A stretch of DNA of 63,144 nucleotides, filler included, from Circinaria calcarea (lineage: Eukaryota): the NCBI GenBank assembly GCA_051942165.1. It is 6 parts of 6 records of this genome, joined end to end, with 100 filler letters (N's around TTAATTAATTAA, not from the genome) between each part and the next. Parts side by side here need not be neighbours in the genome. Positions count along the whole stretch, not along the records: positions 10,560 to 21,016 come from JAVECS010000802.1; positions 21,117 to 31,562 come from JAVECS010000803.1; 4 more parts are not named here. One strand, given 5' to 3'. The notes below the pieces were generated by a model, which ran no database searches, was not told where the DNA came from, and saw nothing but the letters and a program-made list of their open reading frames with translations. Below, piece by piece: positions 11,304 to 24,028 of the stretch (position 1 is the stretch's first letter; each line of letters starts with the position of its first letter). The translations under genes were made by a program, and so were the position numbers.

Positions 11304-13862
11304 TCAATAGGGCGAATTGACAATCTCATCCCTTCCCAACCGGGAACTCAACCTCCCACTATTCCTTCCACCACCACCACCACCTCCAACTCTCGCCGGC
11401 GTGGCGATACTATCCCGTGTCGGTTTCTTGAAGCTCTGTTTCGCGACCATGTTGACCTCGTTTGGCAGGGCGACGATGACGTTCTTGTCGCTGCCATACT
11501 TGAAGTCGTCCGCCTTGACCTCTTCGGCGTATCGTTTGATGGTATACGGATCCTTCCGGCCAGCCATGACCTTTTTCATGTTCCACGTTATGATGAAGGG
11601 ACCCGTGGCGGTGATGATGGAGGTTTCTTTGTCATCCAGACCGGTGTTGAAACGCGCGGGCGTAAATGACAAAGCGGATTTGGTTTCGTGCTGGAACTGG
11701 GCGACGTGGGACGGTTGGAGGCCGAGCCTTCGCGGCTGAGGTTTGGAGTCCTTGGCGAAGGCTTTCTCAAAGCCCAGCTTGCCTTCGTTTTTGCCTTCTT
11801 TCTGGAGTGCGTCGATGAGAAGCAGATAGGTACGGCACGTCGCAAGTACCCAGCGGCCGTCTGCTGAGACGTCCAGGCCAATAATGGGCTCACCGAGGGC
11901 GGGGATGTGTGTTTTGGCGTTTATACCTAGGCGGTCAAACATACGGATGTCGCCTTTGTTGGAGGCAACGGCAATATAGCCCTTCTCGGTTGTAGCAGCT
12001 GCCGAAAAGTCGTTCTTGGACACGTACTGTTTAAGCTCGGAATCGACCAGCTTATTGCCAGAGACACGGGGGTCAATACGGTAAAGAGCATTGCGTGATA
12101 GACCTAAGAAGGTCTGTTCGCCAGTCATTTGGGAGAATTTCTGTATCGGTCAGCAGTGCCATATTATTCCAGCTAGGGCTTTTGATACCTTCTCTGGTGC
12201 AAACGTGTTGACTGGGATATCGTCATGGACCTTCCACTCGTCCACAACTTTACCATATTCAAGATCCATCCGATACAAGGAGTGCGGGTCGTTCTCATTC
12301 TGCAGAATCATATTTGTATCTTCCGCATGGAGCATAACCTTCTTTGGACTGAACAATTTCCCATTTGGTGTTTCTACCTTGGAGATATTCGTTGAGAACT
12401 CCAAATTATTATTTGGCGTATGTCTGAAAACTCCAATCTTAGATCCTCGCACGACAAAGGATCGATCGTGCTTGTAACCCACGGCTAATTGCGAGTTTAC
12501 GTTACCGTCGTCATCTCTTGTCACGACATCATCTTCAGACTCATCACTGTCATAGTGTTCGCTTCGTTGGCCACCATCCTCTACTTCCTCCACGTCTTCT
12601 TCTTCTTCGCCTTGATTGGTTGTATCTTCAATTGTGAGGTCCTCAAAAGCGTCTAGCACGTACTGTCGGTCGTCTTCCTTTGCCTTTCTCCACTTAGTTT
12701 CGTTGAGCTGTTCCCACAGCGCCTGCATCAATCCTTGCTGGAAGCGCTCTTCCATTTCTTGGGTCTTGAAACGGAGTAACCATGAGTAAGCTGAACCGTC
12801 TTCGGTGTAATGATTAAAGATGAACGACAGGTACTCGAAGTTGAAGACCGGGTTGATATCTGCTACAACGGGTTGACCTAGCCATTCCCTCTCTTCGCCA
12901 GTAATCTGCATCCAATATTGCCAAGTTCCAATTTCAGAGACGGTCGCTGAGACAGAACGATCTTGGAGGATAAAAGCCCCTGATTCAAAATCGAAAAGGT
13001 GTAATTCAGCAGTTTCTTTAGCAAGAATCTCTGTCCCTACAGGATGAACTGCCGATGGTGGCGCCATTGTAGGTGTTGCTTCTCTTACTAAAGCTTTGGA
13101 CGACTTGGATGAATGAGACGGTGCCACCTGCTTGTCTGATGGCGAAGTGTTTGTTACCTCTTTTGCTTTTACTAAATTTGATTTTGCGGACGCTTTAAGT
13201 GCAGGACTTGCAACCGGATTAGCGCTTGGTATTGGCTGTTCGGTGAAACTAAATTGTTTCAGATCCTCTTCTCTGGCATTCTCGTTGGGTTTCCGGTATT
13301 TTCTTTCGTACTGGCACTTCATTGCAACCATTTCGAATGTTGCGACTTCACCTGCCGGCACCGACGCATCACATACGAACTCGAACAGGTCTCCAGGGTC
13401 GCCACTTAAATCCCTCCAAGCTAACACCTTCTCGCCACCCTCTCTAATCTCGGAACGGAAATGTAGCCCCTGATCCAGCAAGAAAGTCTTTTCATCTTTC
13501 TCTGTGCCCAGATTCTCTGATATGCCATCCTCCCCATCTTCTTCTGCTAACAATTCCTCTTCGCCCTCCTCGTACGCGCGCTGGATGACAAGCTGATACT
13601 GAAATTCCTGCCCCGTGCGCCGAATGGTAGCAGCGGCATCCTTGAAAATAAGTTCCGAGTATCCTTTTGGCGACAAAGGCCGAACCAGGTAAAGCTGGCC
13701 TTGTGGAATCTCGATAATTGATTCTTTGGATCCATCACCAAATAGAAATTTAGTCACTGAACGCAACAAGCCCACATTGTCAGTGTTATGACCGAGAAGG
13801 CGAGCTTAGGGTTGGCGAGGGTTGTTGGAGGGGGGCAACCCACCGTTTCGGAGCATAAACAT
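11304..13862 (-). CDS. VID27: Vacuolar import and degradation protein 27
   Basis: Spliced start MFMLRN|VTKFLFG, PH-like region, C-terminal propeller (NSQLAVGYKHDRSFVVRG, YRMDLEYGKVVDEW). Introns near 13843-13759 and 12188-12141. Confidence 0.93.
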
Positions 13863-14467
13863 AATTACGACTGCTCATGCGGAGCTCAGCTATAGTCAAA
13901 GCTTTATCGATTTCCAATGTCGGAAGTTCGTCGAATTTGGGAGAGTGTGCCTTTGAGATTGGAATTAAGATTGATCACTGGTTTGAATATATTGTGACTG
14001 TCTACTAACTGATTGTATCTTGCTTTTGGGTTTTGATAGGTGACCAGGCGACGGACATGACGATTTGTGGCTTACGACGTGGCTGAAAACTAAAAGCCCG
14101 ACTAGCGCCAATGCTAGTCTGAACCCTACTTTGACGTCCACCAAAGGAGACTGTTGCCCACGGAGTATTGCAATTACCATAATAACGCGTCGCTTCAACA
14201 TGACTTTGATGTTGCACTTCGTATTGGAATGTAGAGTCAACGTCATGTATGTCACGACTACACAATACCTGTCTATAGTACAAGTTATGAAGGCTCCGCC
14301 TCTCCTTCATCGATGTCATAAACCGCTGTAGCCATCCATTTGACTGCTTTTCTCTCAAACGTGCCTTGCTGGGGACTTCCGGTATACCACTGATGTCCGC
14401 CAGACACTAAACGCCGGATATGCAATGCATAAACCCCTTAAAGAAATCCTTTGCACCCAAGCTCTAC

Positions 14468-17024
14468 TTAGAATAATCCCAGTAGATCCTCGTTGGTCTT
14501 CTTTCCAGTTGACTGACCTGCAAGTTGTTGTCGGGGAGGAGCCGGTTGACTACCTGCACTCATATCCAGACCCGCAAAGCCGTTCAGGATATCCTGTTGA
14601 ATATCCGAGACGCCAGTACCATTTGATAAACCCATCAGGTCGTTCATGTTGTTGCCCGCAGAGGATGAGTGCGTAGCGTTATTAACTGCAGGTGAGGCAA
14701 CACGCTGTGGTGTGCCTGCTAATCCTTCCAAACCTGACATGCCTGCTGCTGGAGATTTCTGTGCTGATGCAGGAGCTGCACCATCAAAATCAATATCCAA
14801 TAGGTTCTCGACATTATTCTGGGTTGGTGGAGGAGCTCCTGAGACGGCCGCTGCTGCAGCCGCTGCCGCTAGCGGGTTTTCCCGCGCGTTCTGCATTTGC
14901 TCCCTGTGAAGTTGTTAGCATGAGCCGAGAATGGTCAAGGGGGAAGACTTACTCGATCGCAGCCTTCTGTACAGCATCAGCACCGTATCTGCCATGACCG
15001 ATAAAGGTTTCTGGAGGCTTGTGATAAACCGAGGCTAGCGTTGAGAGCTCGTTGAGGAGTTGATCTAGTAGTGCAGGTGGTAGTGATTGTATGGTGGTGG
15101 TTATAGGTGGTTTGTCAGAAAGGACAACGCTCTGTGCCACTTGGGGGCTGCTGGAAAGTAACCGCCAGTACACGTAAGCTCGATCTCGCACATCTGGATT
15201 ATCATTCTCTGCCGTCGCAGCTTGGAATATTTTCTTCACCAGATCCTGCGCTTGAGAGTCATTGGTTTTTTTAAGAAATAGTTTTACAACAGCCGTCAAG
15301 ATCTGCAATTGTGTCTGTGGAGAGTCAGCTGATCCCAAATGAGTAGTAGATCATCTTCTCTACCTGAGTAAATTCTTCCATAAAGCCATCGACAAACCCC
15401 GCAAGAATATCCCCAGCATTACTGATTTTTTCTGCGTATTCGCCAACAATCCAGATCAAGGATCCTCTCGCATTCGGCTCGTCAAGCTCATCAATGCATT
15501 GGCATAACTGAGGAATGATTCCCTCGTAGCCTGGGTACTTCCGGAAGATGTCCTTGATCACTACAATAGCCTCCTGAACTACATAGTTGACTTTTGTATT
15601 GATGAGCTCCAAGAGAGTGTTTACGCACTTTTCACTTGCGCTCTCAATTTTGATCGCAACTTGGCCTATTGCTTTGACGGCGCGCTTAACAATGTCCATG
15701 TCGACTTCGAGAGCGTATTCTTTTAGCTCGGCCAGCAAATGCTCAACGTTCTTATCATTTGCGATTCGGACCATAATCTCAAGTTTCTGGAATTTGATGT
15801 ATGATGGGTCATTGTATTTGCAGAAGAAGACTCGAAGCTCCTTACTCAGGACGTCAGGCTGCTTTTGGAGGATCAAATCAATATTTCGTAGCGCCACATA
15901 CTGCACTTCTGGGGGAGAAGAGACAAGCGTGACTGGATTACGTCAATGGGCCATTTCCCGGATGGACTGAGAACGCTTACCTAGAGGAGGGGCCATTTTT
16001 TTGAGATACGATTTCGATAGCTCGACGCTGATATATCGCATATGCAGGAAAACAGCCTTCACTGCCGCAAGTACCACGCTAGGATTCACATGTTGAAATT
16101 GCGGCGATACCCTCTCACAAATGTGCTCCGCTTCCTTCACGTCTGACGCCCTGTAATCCGCTAATGTTGTCAAGATGGTTACTCTGCCCCATTCTGTGCA
16201 CTCATTAAGGGCCATCAGCATCTTCTTGAGGGTGGTCGGCGTTATCTGGAGCGCCTTAGTCTCTGGAGCAGCCTCGCCAATCTCCACAAGAGCTGTGACC
16301 GCATTTGCGACCACCATGGGGTTAGGGTCTCCGATCATTTCTTGTAGTGTCTCTAGGAATCCGTTCTCCAAACACAAGCTCGGGTTTAAGTCGAAGAGTT
16401 TAGCAACGCATACAGCTGCAGTTTTTCGTACATAAGGTGATTCGTCGCGCAGAGTCTTCCGCAATGGCCCATCCATGTAGTCAACCATCTTGTCCACTCT
16501 GATGCAACCCATCGTCCTAATAGCTAATGCGCGGATGAGTGGGTTGGGATCTTCAGCATCTTGTACAAACGTATTTACAGCAAGAATACAGAGATCTGGA
16601 TGTGACTTTGCATAATTCCTAAGATAGCTGTCAACCTCCTTTCAAAAAAAAAAGTGGGCTGCCGACCAGTTCCCTACATCAGGTATAAATACACCAGTTT
16701 TTTCTGGTCGAGATCCGATGTTGGCATATTCTTCAGGACGTCTGGGAATAATGCTGACACATCCTTGCCCAGGGTCATGGACATTATTGTCTTCTGGATT
16801 GCCTCCTTTCTGCATCAGATTCAGCTATTGACCTTTCGCTTCGGCAAGTGATGGCGGAGTACCTCTCGTGGGCATATTGGGACCTAGCACACCAGTGATC
16901 AGCTCAACTTGGCCATTTAGGCTTTTTCTAAGGCTCGAGCAGCATACACTAGACCTGCCCTTAGCTCAAATGTCTCTCCTTTCTTAGGAATCGCAAATGC
17001 GCCCTTGATCCTGTTGACAGCCAT
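14468..17024 (-). CDS. APL2: AP-1 adaptor complex beta subunit (multi-exon)
   Basis: [22 protein letters not shown]...[13 protein letters not shown]...KKLVYLYLM...[19 protein letters not shown]...FFCKYNDP...[13 protein letters not shown]; ends DLLGLF. Confidence 0.92.
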
Positions 17025-17878
17025 CTTCTGCAGCGGATTTGAGGCTGCGACCAGAGTCGCGCCTCGAACTCCAGTCTTCACTCTCACAGCCTGGTTTCAA
17101 ACACTCCGCTGACACAGTGTTTGGTAAGGAAGCTGGGCCAGTTCCCTTATGTCGTGCTAGTAGTGTGCTGAACTATACGACGCTCTGTGGTGTGTAAAGC
17201 TTAGCTAGGAGGCGGCTCAGAGGTTCTCCATCTTAATTCGCTGATATGGATTAGAGCTGTTCAGATATATGGGCACTGGATTGAGCTTACAGTACTCTGT
17301 ACTGGTAGGCGGTTGATCTGCGCCACTATCAAATTAGCGAGGCCGTGTGGCTAGGGGATCTCGATTCACCTTCATATGGAAGTACTCCGTAAAAACCTCT
17401 ACTGCTCATCTTACAAACTTTACGTCATCTGCACGCACGATACTCGGCGCTCATGGTATGTAGCAATGAAATTATTCCCATCTGCCGTGCCAGCTAATGA
17501 CGAAAGTCAAACCTCCCCAACCTACGGCGTCTATTCGTTGAAGCTCGAACAGAAGCAGAGGAGAGTGCCTACTCTAGGAACGCGGTGAACCTTTACTCCC
17601 ATTCCTCGTCTGATCAGTGCCTAACGTCGCATTGAAGTTCTACAATCTTGTTCTGTTCATGTCCTCGGTCGCAGTATTTAGCCTGGTAGCCCAGCGCATG
17701 AGTGGAGGCAAACCGACTTTAGCTCTCTAGTACCTGGAATGACCGTTAATTTGAGGCATTTTATTGTGCATCCGCTATGAAGCCTAATCCCGCCTGGGGG
17801 AACCTATGTCATAGTGGTACGTGACTGATACGACCTGCATCGCGGAGCCTCTTCAGACAACGTCAGTGTCTAGCCATC

Positions 17879-19005
17879 CTAATCGCTCTCCGCTCCATCA
17901 TCATCGTTGAGGAAGTCGAGATTCTGAAGGCCTCTTGCTAACCTCCTCCTCGGCTTCGCGTCGTCTTCCTTGTCGGAACCGCCTTTGCCCCACTGCTTTG
18001 CACCGGCTGTAACCGCTTCTAGTTCGGACTTGAGTTCTCGGGCCTCTCGTATCTGAGTAGCTTTCTCCGCCGAATACCTTCCAGTCATCCCGGCGTCTGC
18101 CAGCATTTCTCTCAAGTGACGTATCTTAGCCTTTGGACTGTCGTAAGGGGCAAGCTCCCTATACCACATTTTCCTGATCCCACATTTCACAAGCCATCCC
18201 TGAAGTCGCTTGATTTCGTCTCCGTCAGGATTTATCTTCTCCTTGGCCGTCTCCTTGGTCTTCGCCTTGGATTTGGCTACGGTCTTGGTCTTACCCTCAC
18301 CAGATGCCGGACGTCGTTTCTTAGGCTCTGGTTTGGGGTCATCATCTATGAGTTCAGACATCTCACTCTCGGAGTTTGATTTATCGGGACCGGCATCTAC
18401 TCCATGTTTTTCCAACTCAGCGGTTTCGGGGATGTTCGTTTCTGATGAATCGAGTTCTCGTGCTTTGACGTGCGCTTTCACTGAAGGCCTTTCTTCCACG
18501 GAAGCGTCTGACAAGGGACTTGAGTCTTCATCGTCTTGGTTCTCCGGTTCGGACACATCGCTTAGCTTTCGGCGTTTTCTCGTACCCAAGTCGCCTTGTG
18601 ATAAACGCTTTTTCTGAAGCGTTGGCGCAGTCGACTTAACGCGTTTTGTAGGCTTGTCGGATGGGTTGGCTAGTTTGGGTTGCTGTGATGGGACGTTGGG
18701 CTCAATTGATGGAACATCATCTTGAGCCTCCTACATCACAATTAGCCGTTTGAAAGAAGTCGGATGCAGCAGGATATATTTACAGCTTCGGCTATTATAA
18801 TGCGCTTGCTCTTGCTTTCCCAGGTCGGGTCCTGCTTGAAGAAGCCTTCCTGTAAATTCAGGTCCTCCTCCGCAGCCTTTCGCATACGCTTTACAGTAAT
18901 TGCTTCCAAGTCGCCTCTCTGATGGGCTAATTGTACAGCGCGGCGCAAAGCTTGCTCTAACACTCCATCCGACGATATGACATCGGAAAGGGAAGATTCA
19001 GACAT
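17879..19005 (-). CDS. Charged nuclear protein, HIRA-interacting protein 3 (HIRIP3)-like
   Basis: N-terminal ITVKRMRKAAEEDLNLQEGFFK, acidic/basic linker, C-terminal IKRLQGWLVKCGIRKMW...EKATQIREAREL. One intron near 18783-18731. Confidence 0.75.
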
Positions 19006-19621
19006 TCCGTCGCAGCTGCTACTCGGCCTGGATATAGCAAATAAATGGAGGAGCAATTGAGCGCTCTGGATGATTCGATTTCGAATGTTGGACGGTTCCG
19101 TGCGTAAACTGTCGCGTCCCCATTTACGGGAAGTCTTTCTCGCGTTTAAGCTCCCAGCATCAGCTCCCCAAGCCTTCAGTAGCTTCTTACCCCACGGCCG
19201 TTTCGGCCACAATCCCCGTGCTGAAACCGACTCTCTTAGCGTTGGAAGCTAGCAACGTCATAGGGAACTGCGACTGGGATTCAGCTCTGACGTACGCTAG
19301 TGTAGGCAGGAGCGTTTTTCCACCCCAAAGGATCAATTAAATGAACACATTATGCAGTCCGAGCATCATCAGCCCTCTTCCTCCGACTTCCACAACATTG
19401 TAAACATAATCGCCGATCCTACCTTTCTCTTCATGTGACTGTTAGCGAGGTATCTGATTTATTCGGGTACGCTACTACCTGCACTTGCCACGGTCGAAGT
19501 TGGCCAAAACACCGCATCCCTTAACTAAGCTTTGCCCCTTCTTGTATCAGAGGCCACCTCCGTCGAAACCTCACGATTCCTACTTACCACCGTCCACTTA
19601 CCTAGCCGGTATCTTCACACA

Positions 19622-21016
19622 ATGCCTTTCGCGACATCAGCTCCCAAGTCGGATGCTCGACTGTTGCTCGTCTCCAACCGACTTCCTATTACCATCAAGC
19701 GCTCCGAGGATGGCAGCTATGATTTCTCCATGTCGTCCGGTGGCTTGGTCAGCGGCCTAAGTGGGCTTTCGAAGTCGACCACCTTCCAATGGTATGGCTG
19801 GCCGGGCTTAGAGGTTCCGGAGAAAGAGGCGGGCCCTCTAACGGAAAGACTAAAAGATGAATACAACGCGGTACCTGTCTTTATTGATGATGAGCTCGCA
19901 GATCGACATTACAATGGTTTCTCAAGTACGTTGTCGCGCGTCGATAACGAAGCCCTCACCACTAATATTTGTTGGGTGTTAGATTCCATCCTCTGGCCTT
20001 TATTCCACTACCATCCAGGTGAGATCACCTTCGATGAATCGGCTTGGAACGCGTACAAGGAAGCCAATCGTCTCTTTGCGAAAGCAATCGCAAGTGAAGT
20101 TCAAGATGGCGACCTGGTCTGGGTTCATGATTACCACCTCATGCTCCTTCCGGCTATGCTACGGGAAGAGATTGGTGCAAGCAAAACCAACGTAAAGATC
20201 GGATTCTTCCTACATACCCCTTTTCCTAGCAGCGAAATATACCGAATCTTACCGGTCCGAAACGAGATCCTTCTTGGCGTGCTACATTGTGACTTGATCG
20301 GTTTCCACACGTACGATTATGCCAGACACTTTCTCAGTAGCTGTTCGAGAATTCTGTGAGTGATAGAAGATTCTTGATGTGGTGAGAGAGTCGGCTTACA
20401 AACTTCAGTGGCTTATCGACTACGCCGAATGGCGTTGAGTTCCAAGGCAAGATTGTCAGCATTGGCGCCTTTCCGATTGGCATCGACCCGGACAAATTTA
20501 CCGAAGGTTTGAAGAAGCCCAAGGTACAAGAGCGTATCGCAACTTTAGAGCGGAAGTTTCAAGGCGTCAAACTCATAGTTGGTGTCGACCGCCTCGACTA
20601 CATCAAGGGTGTTCCGCAGAAGTTACATGCACTGGAGGTCTTTCTGACGGAGCATCCAGAATGGGTCGGAAAAGTGGTATTGGTTCAAGTAGCTGTGCCG
20701 AGTCGTCAGGATGTGGAGGAGTACCAGAATTTACGCGCCGTAGTCAACGAGCTTGTTGGAAGGATTAATGGCAAATTTGGTATTCTCTACAACCTCAATG
20801 TTTTGTTGCCTGGTGCACATTCAGCTAATCCCGCATAGGTACAATTGAATTCATGCCCATTCACTTTATGCACAAGTCTGTCAACTTCGATGAACTTATT
20901 GCCTTGTATGCAGTCTCTGATGTCTGCCTGGTCTCCTCCACCCGAGATGGGATGAATCTCGTTTCCTACGAATACATCGCCACTCAACGGAAACGGCATG
21001 GGGTCATGGTTTTATC
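19622..21016 (+). CDS. TPS1: Trehalose-6-phosphate synthase (GT20), 3' end cut by the contig end
   Basis: RLLLVSNRLP, SSGGLVSGL, WVHDYHL, GFFLHTPFP, GVDRLDYIKG, RDGMNLVSYEY. Three introns visible. Confidence 0.97.
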
Positions 21017-21116
21017 NNNNNNNNNNNNNNNNNNNNNNNNNNNNNNNNNNNNNNNNNNNNTTAATTAATTAANNNNNNNNNNNNNNNNNNNNNNNNNNNN
21101 NNNNNNNNNNNNNNNN
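21017..21116. other. Artificial contig spacer
   Basis: N44-TTAATTAATTAA-N44. Confidence 0.98.
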
Positions 21117-21922
21117 GAAAGGGGGTGGGAAGGAGGTTGTTGGTCGGCAACGGGAGAGAAGAGAGATGAGAGATCAGAGGCTAGGAAGACATGAGAAATC
21201 CCCCAGGAAAAAGGGAAGGAAAGGGAAGGAAGGGGGGGGGGAACTGGAAGGGAAACGGGGTCTGGGAAATGAAAAAGGGCGTGGGGAATTGTCAATGCCC
21301 AATTCCCAATTCCCAAACTTCCCCCCCCCCCCAATTTCCTTTCTTAAAAGGCAGGAGGAGATGTCAGCAGTCAGAGGTGTAGCTTTTTTAACAATGCTAG
21401 CAGATGGAGAAATGAAGGGGGATTAGAAGGAGCTTCTTCTTCGCGAGCAGCCTGGCCTGGCAGGGGAATGGTAGGTTCGTACGGTATCCCCCTCCATGGC
21501 GGTAGAATAAAGAAAAGGTGGGTTGGATCGAGGTTCTGTGGAGGTCCCATCTCAGCTGAGGGGAAGGTGGTGAGTAGAGAGAAAAGGAAGGGGGTGGTAG
21601 GGAGTAGGGACGGGGAAGGAGAGTAGGGATGGGTTTACTTGTGGAGGATGGGAGTGGCGATGGGATTCGATCGGGGGTATAGGGAGAGATGGGGCGAGTG
21701 GAAGCTAAAGTGACACGCCAGAGTATATGGGAGAAAATTTCCAAAGGTCATGGGAGCAGGCTTTAGTGTTCAAAGTAGTTGGTGCGAAGCTTCGATTTGT
21801 CAACAAAGCTATCCGTCTAGCTGCTTGCTATCCCAGGTCTCCCGCTCTCGCTCCCGCTCTTGCAAATTCATATGCCAGAGAGTCTTTAAAGACCATCTCA
21901 GAGGCAGGCTCCTTTCGATCAT

Positions 21923-22539
21923 CTACGGTCCTGTGAATCCAGGACAAGTCTGCTTGCCACACGGAGTGGGATACACCTAGTACTTCTCAGTATTGCTCAT
22001 CTCCACGTATGCCCTCGCGTCTTGGAGGGAAATGCATGAGGATTAATATCAACTTACTACTTCGCGAGGCTTGGGATGGAGTTCATAGTATGCTGCTTCG
22101 GTAGGTTCGACAGTTACGATATCCTGAGTGAGAGAAGACTGGAGTTAGTAAGTTGGCAACGCAGAACGGTGTAGGGTAGCTATGGGAGAGAACTAACTCG
22201 GTCTTTGAGCTGATCGAAGGAGGAAACGAGATCCGGGAGATTATCACGCTTTTCAAAAAGCCACTCGCAGGCTGTCGTGATCGATGGCGGGTCGCAGGGA
22301 CGTAAACGCATTGTGAGATCGTTGCGTTCCGCAATGGGCCATACGCAGCCTCTCACGAGTTCTGGCGGGTGGCAGTAACGTCTACGCCTGGTCAGGTCTT
22401 GGGAGACATCGGCTAATTCTGTCTCTTCTTGTCAGTGGTGATAAGTATTAGCCGCATAGATGAAGTGACCTGAGATTGGAACTGCGATGATGAGAGTCGC
22501 CAAGAGAGCTACGATGTTGAGGAGATGCTGGTAATGCAT
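21923..22539 (-). CDS. Small secreted Cys-containing repeat precursor (136 aa, 4 exons), candidate Kex2-processed peptide precursor
   Basis: Exons 22539-22470, 22418-22198, 22123-22058 and 21976-21923 splice in frame: MHYQHLLNIVALLATLIIAVPISELADVSQDLTRRRRYCHPPELVRGCVWPIAERNDLTMRLRPCDPPSITTACEWLFEKRDNLPD...PTPCGKQTCPGFTGP*. AAAATG start context and upstream TATA box. Confidence 0.72.
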
Positions 22540-22630
22540 TTTTGAGTCGATGGTTGTTGGCAGGCTTGAAAGTCAGATTGAGAAAGTGGTAGGATGAGAG
22601 TAGTGAAGTTGGGAAGGGGTAGTATTGCTC

Positions 22631-22638
22631 TTTATATA
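22631..22638 (-). promoter_or_regulatory. TATA box of the secreted peptide-precursor gene
   Basis: TATATAAA on the minus strand about 92 nt upstream of ATG 22539, followed by a C/T-rich leader. Confidence 0.6.
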
Positions 22639-24028
22639 GACGTGGGATGGACAAAGTGAATGATGTAGCTTTCAACCGCAGCCGTGTGGAATCTTTTGCC
22701 GATAGCACCTGTATCTAACCGGGTAAATGACGCTGATCTAGGGAAGTGATACGCCAGAATAGGGATGACACAGACTACTGTTGCTGATCCTGTGGCTGGA
22801 GAAATGCCCACTTACCACACGTGCCAGTCCCGGAAGAAATTCCCTCGAGGATCAACTGATACTCGGCAAATAAGCGTTAAACATGCATTGGCGAGCTGTC
22901 CTGGAGGGCCCGGTCGCTGTCAGGGCTGAGTGTTTTACGTTGACGGTCTCAAGCAGTCCCGCATGCTCTGCCACCGAAACGAGACCTGTCAAGCTTACGA
23001 CATGCCTTAGAGGCACGGCGAGAAGGAGGAGAAGTCCTCTCATGGAGGTGAACGGGATACCACTAGCACCCTTTATCTAAACCATAGCCAGTGGTCTTTC
23101 AATCTCCAACGGGTGGTCATTGTTCTTACGATTAGTACCTTCCGCGAGACATCATGATTGTTCAGAGCTAAGGATACGAACGTAACCTAAGCAGATACAG
23201 GAACCAAGGGTTCAGAGAGAAAGACGAGAGAAAGCTTCCGGAGGGGATGGTTTATGAGAGAATAAGCCCTAGCTTGACTTCTGCATTTGGCCTTTGGTTT
23301 GCTAGTAATCGAGTGTATGATATAATGGTTCTAGGTCCCTACCAACGCAGGCTCTGCCGTCTGATATGCGACTCAGATGAACATCGATCTATGGAGAGGT
23401 AATTAGGACGAAGAGGTCCATGTAAGATGATGGAGGATAAACGACCGGCCATGCTCAATCTGCCAGCATATGCTCCATCGTCTTGCATGTAGCTAGATCT
23501 GACACGGCGTAGGACAGTTCTCTAGCAACAACTTCTGATGGAACCGATAGAGGAGTGAGCCAACGAGCAGATGAGTTTTTTCAACCTTGTTCACCGGTGA
23601 GTTGCATGAGTGTTTAATCGTGTGAACAAGTCTGCAAGGCAAGCCTGCCACCTCCCTTGTAATTAAACGCATAATGAATAAATGCAGTAACAGGAATCTA
23701 CCTCTGTGCTGGGGATGTTGGGGGAGTGAGAGAAGTGCTGTGGTAGGGGATAGAGACTCCACTGTGGCCTCCTTTTACAGTCAAGGGGACGCTCGAGAGC
23801 TGCGCCAAGGTATTGGCCGAACTGACAGTAGCTACGGTTGCCGAGTTGTAGCCAATTATGAGTCGTCTCCTGTGCCCACTTTGATGTCCGAAATTCAATC
23901 GTGAGAGACACCAGATACAGTACATTGTGATCCTAATCGACCAGAAAATTGCAACGCCTCGGAGATAGACCGAGTACTGGTGTACTCCATTCCTAGCCCC
24001 ACGATCCTTCACTGGCAAATAAATCAAG

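Noticed and set aside
19532..19621. TTG-initiated N-terminal extension of TPS1, and read-through of its first intron
   Set aside because: ATG 19622 has good context and fits the family N-terminus; intron 19926-19982 has canonical signals and interrupts the conserved GFSNSILWP motif.
21117..21500. Possible gene start (ATG GAG GGG GAT ACC then GTACGA) on the minus strand
   Set aside because: Runs into homopolymer-rich end sequence; no product can be supported.
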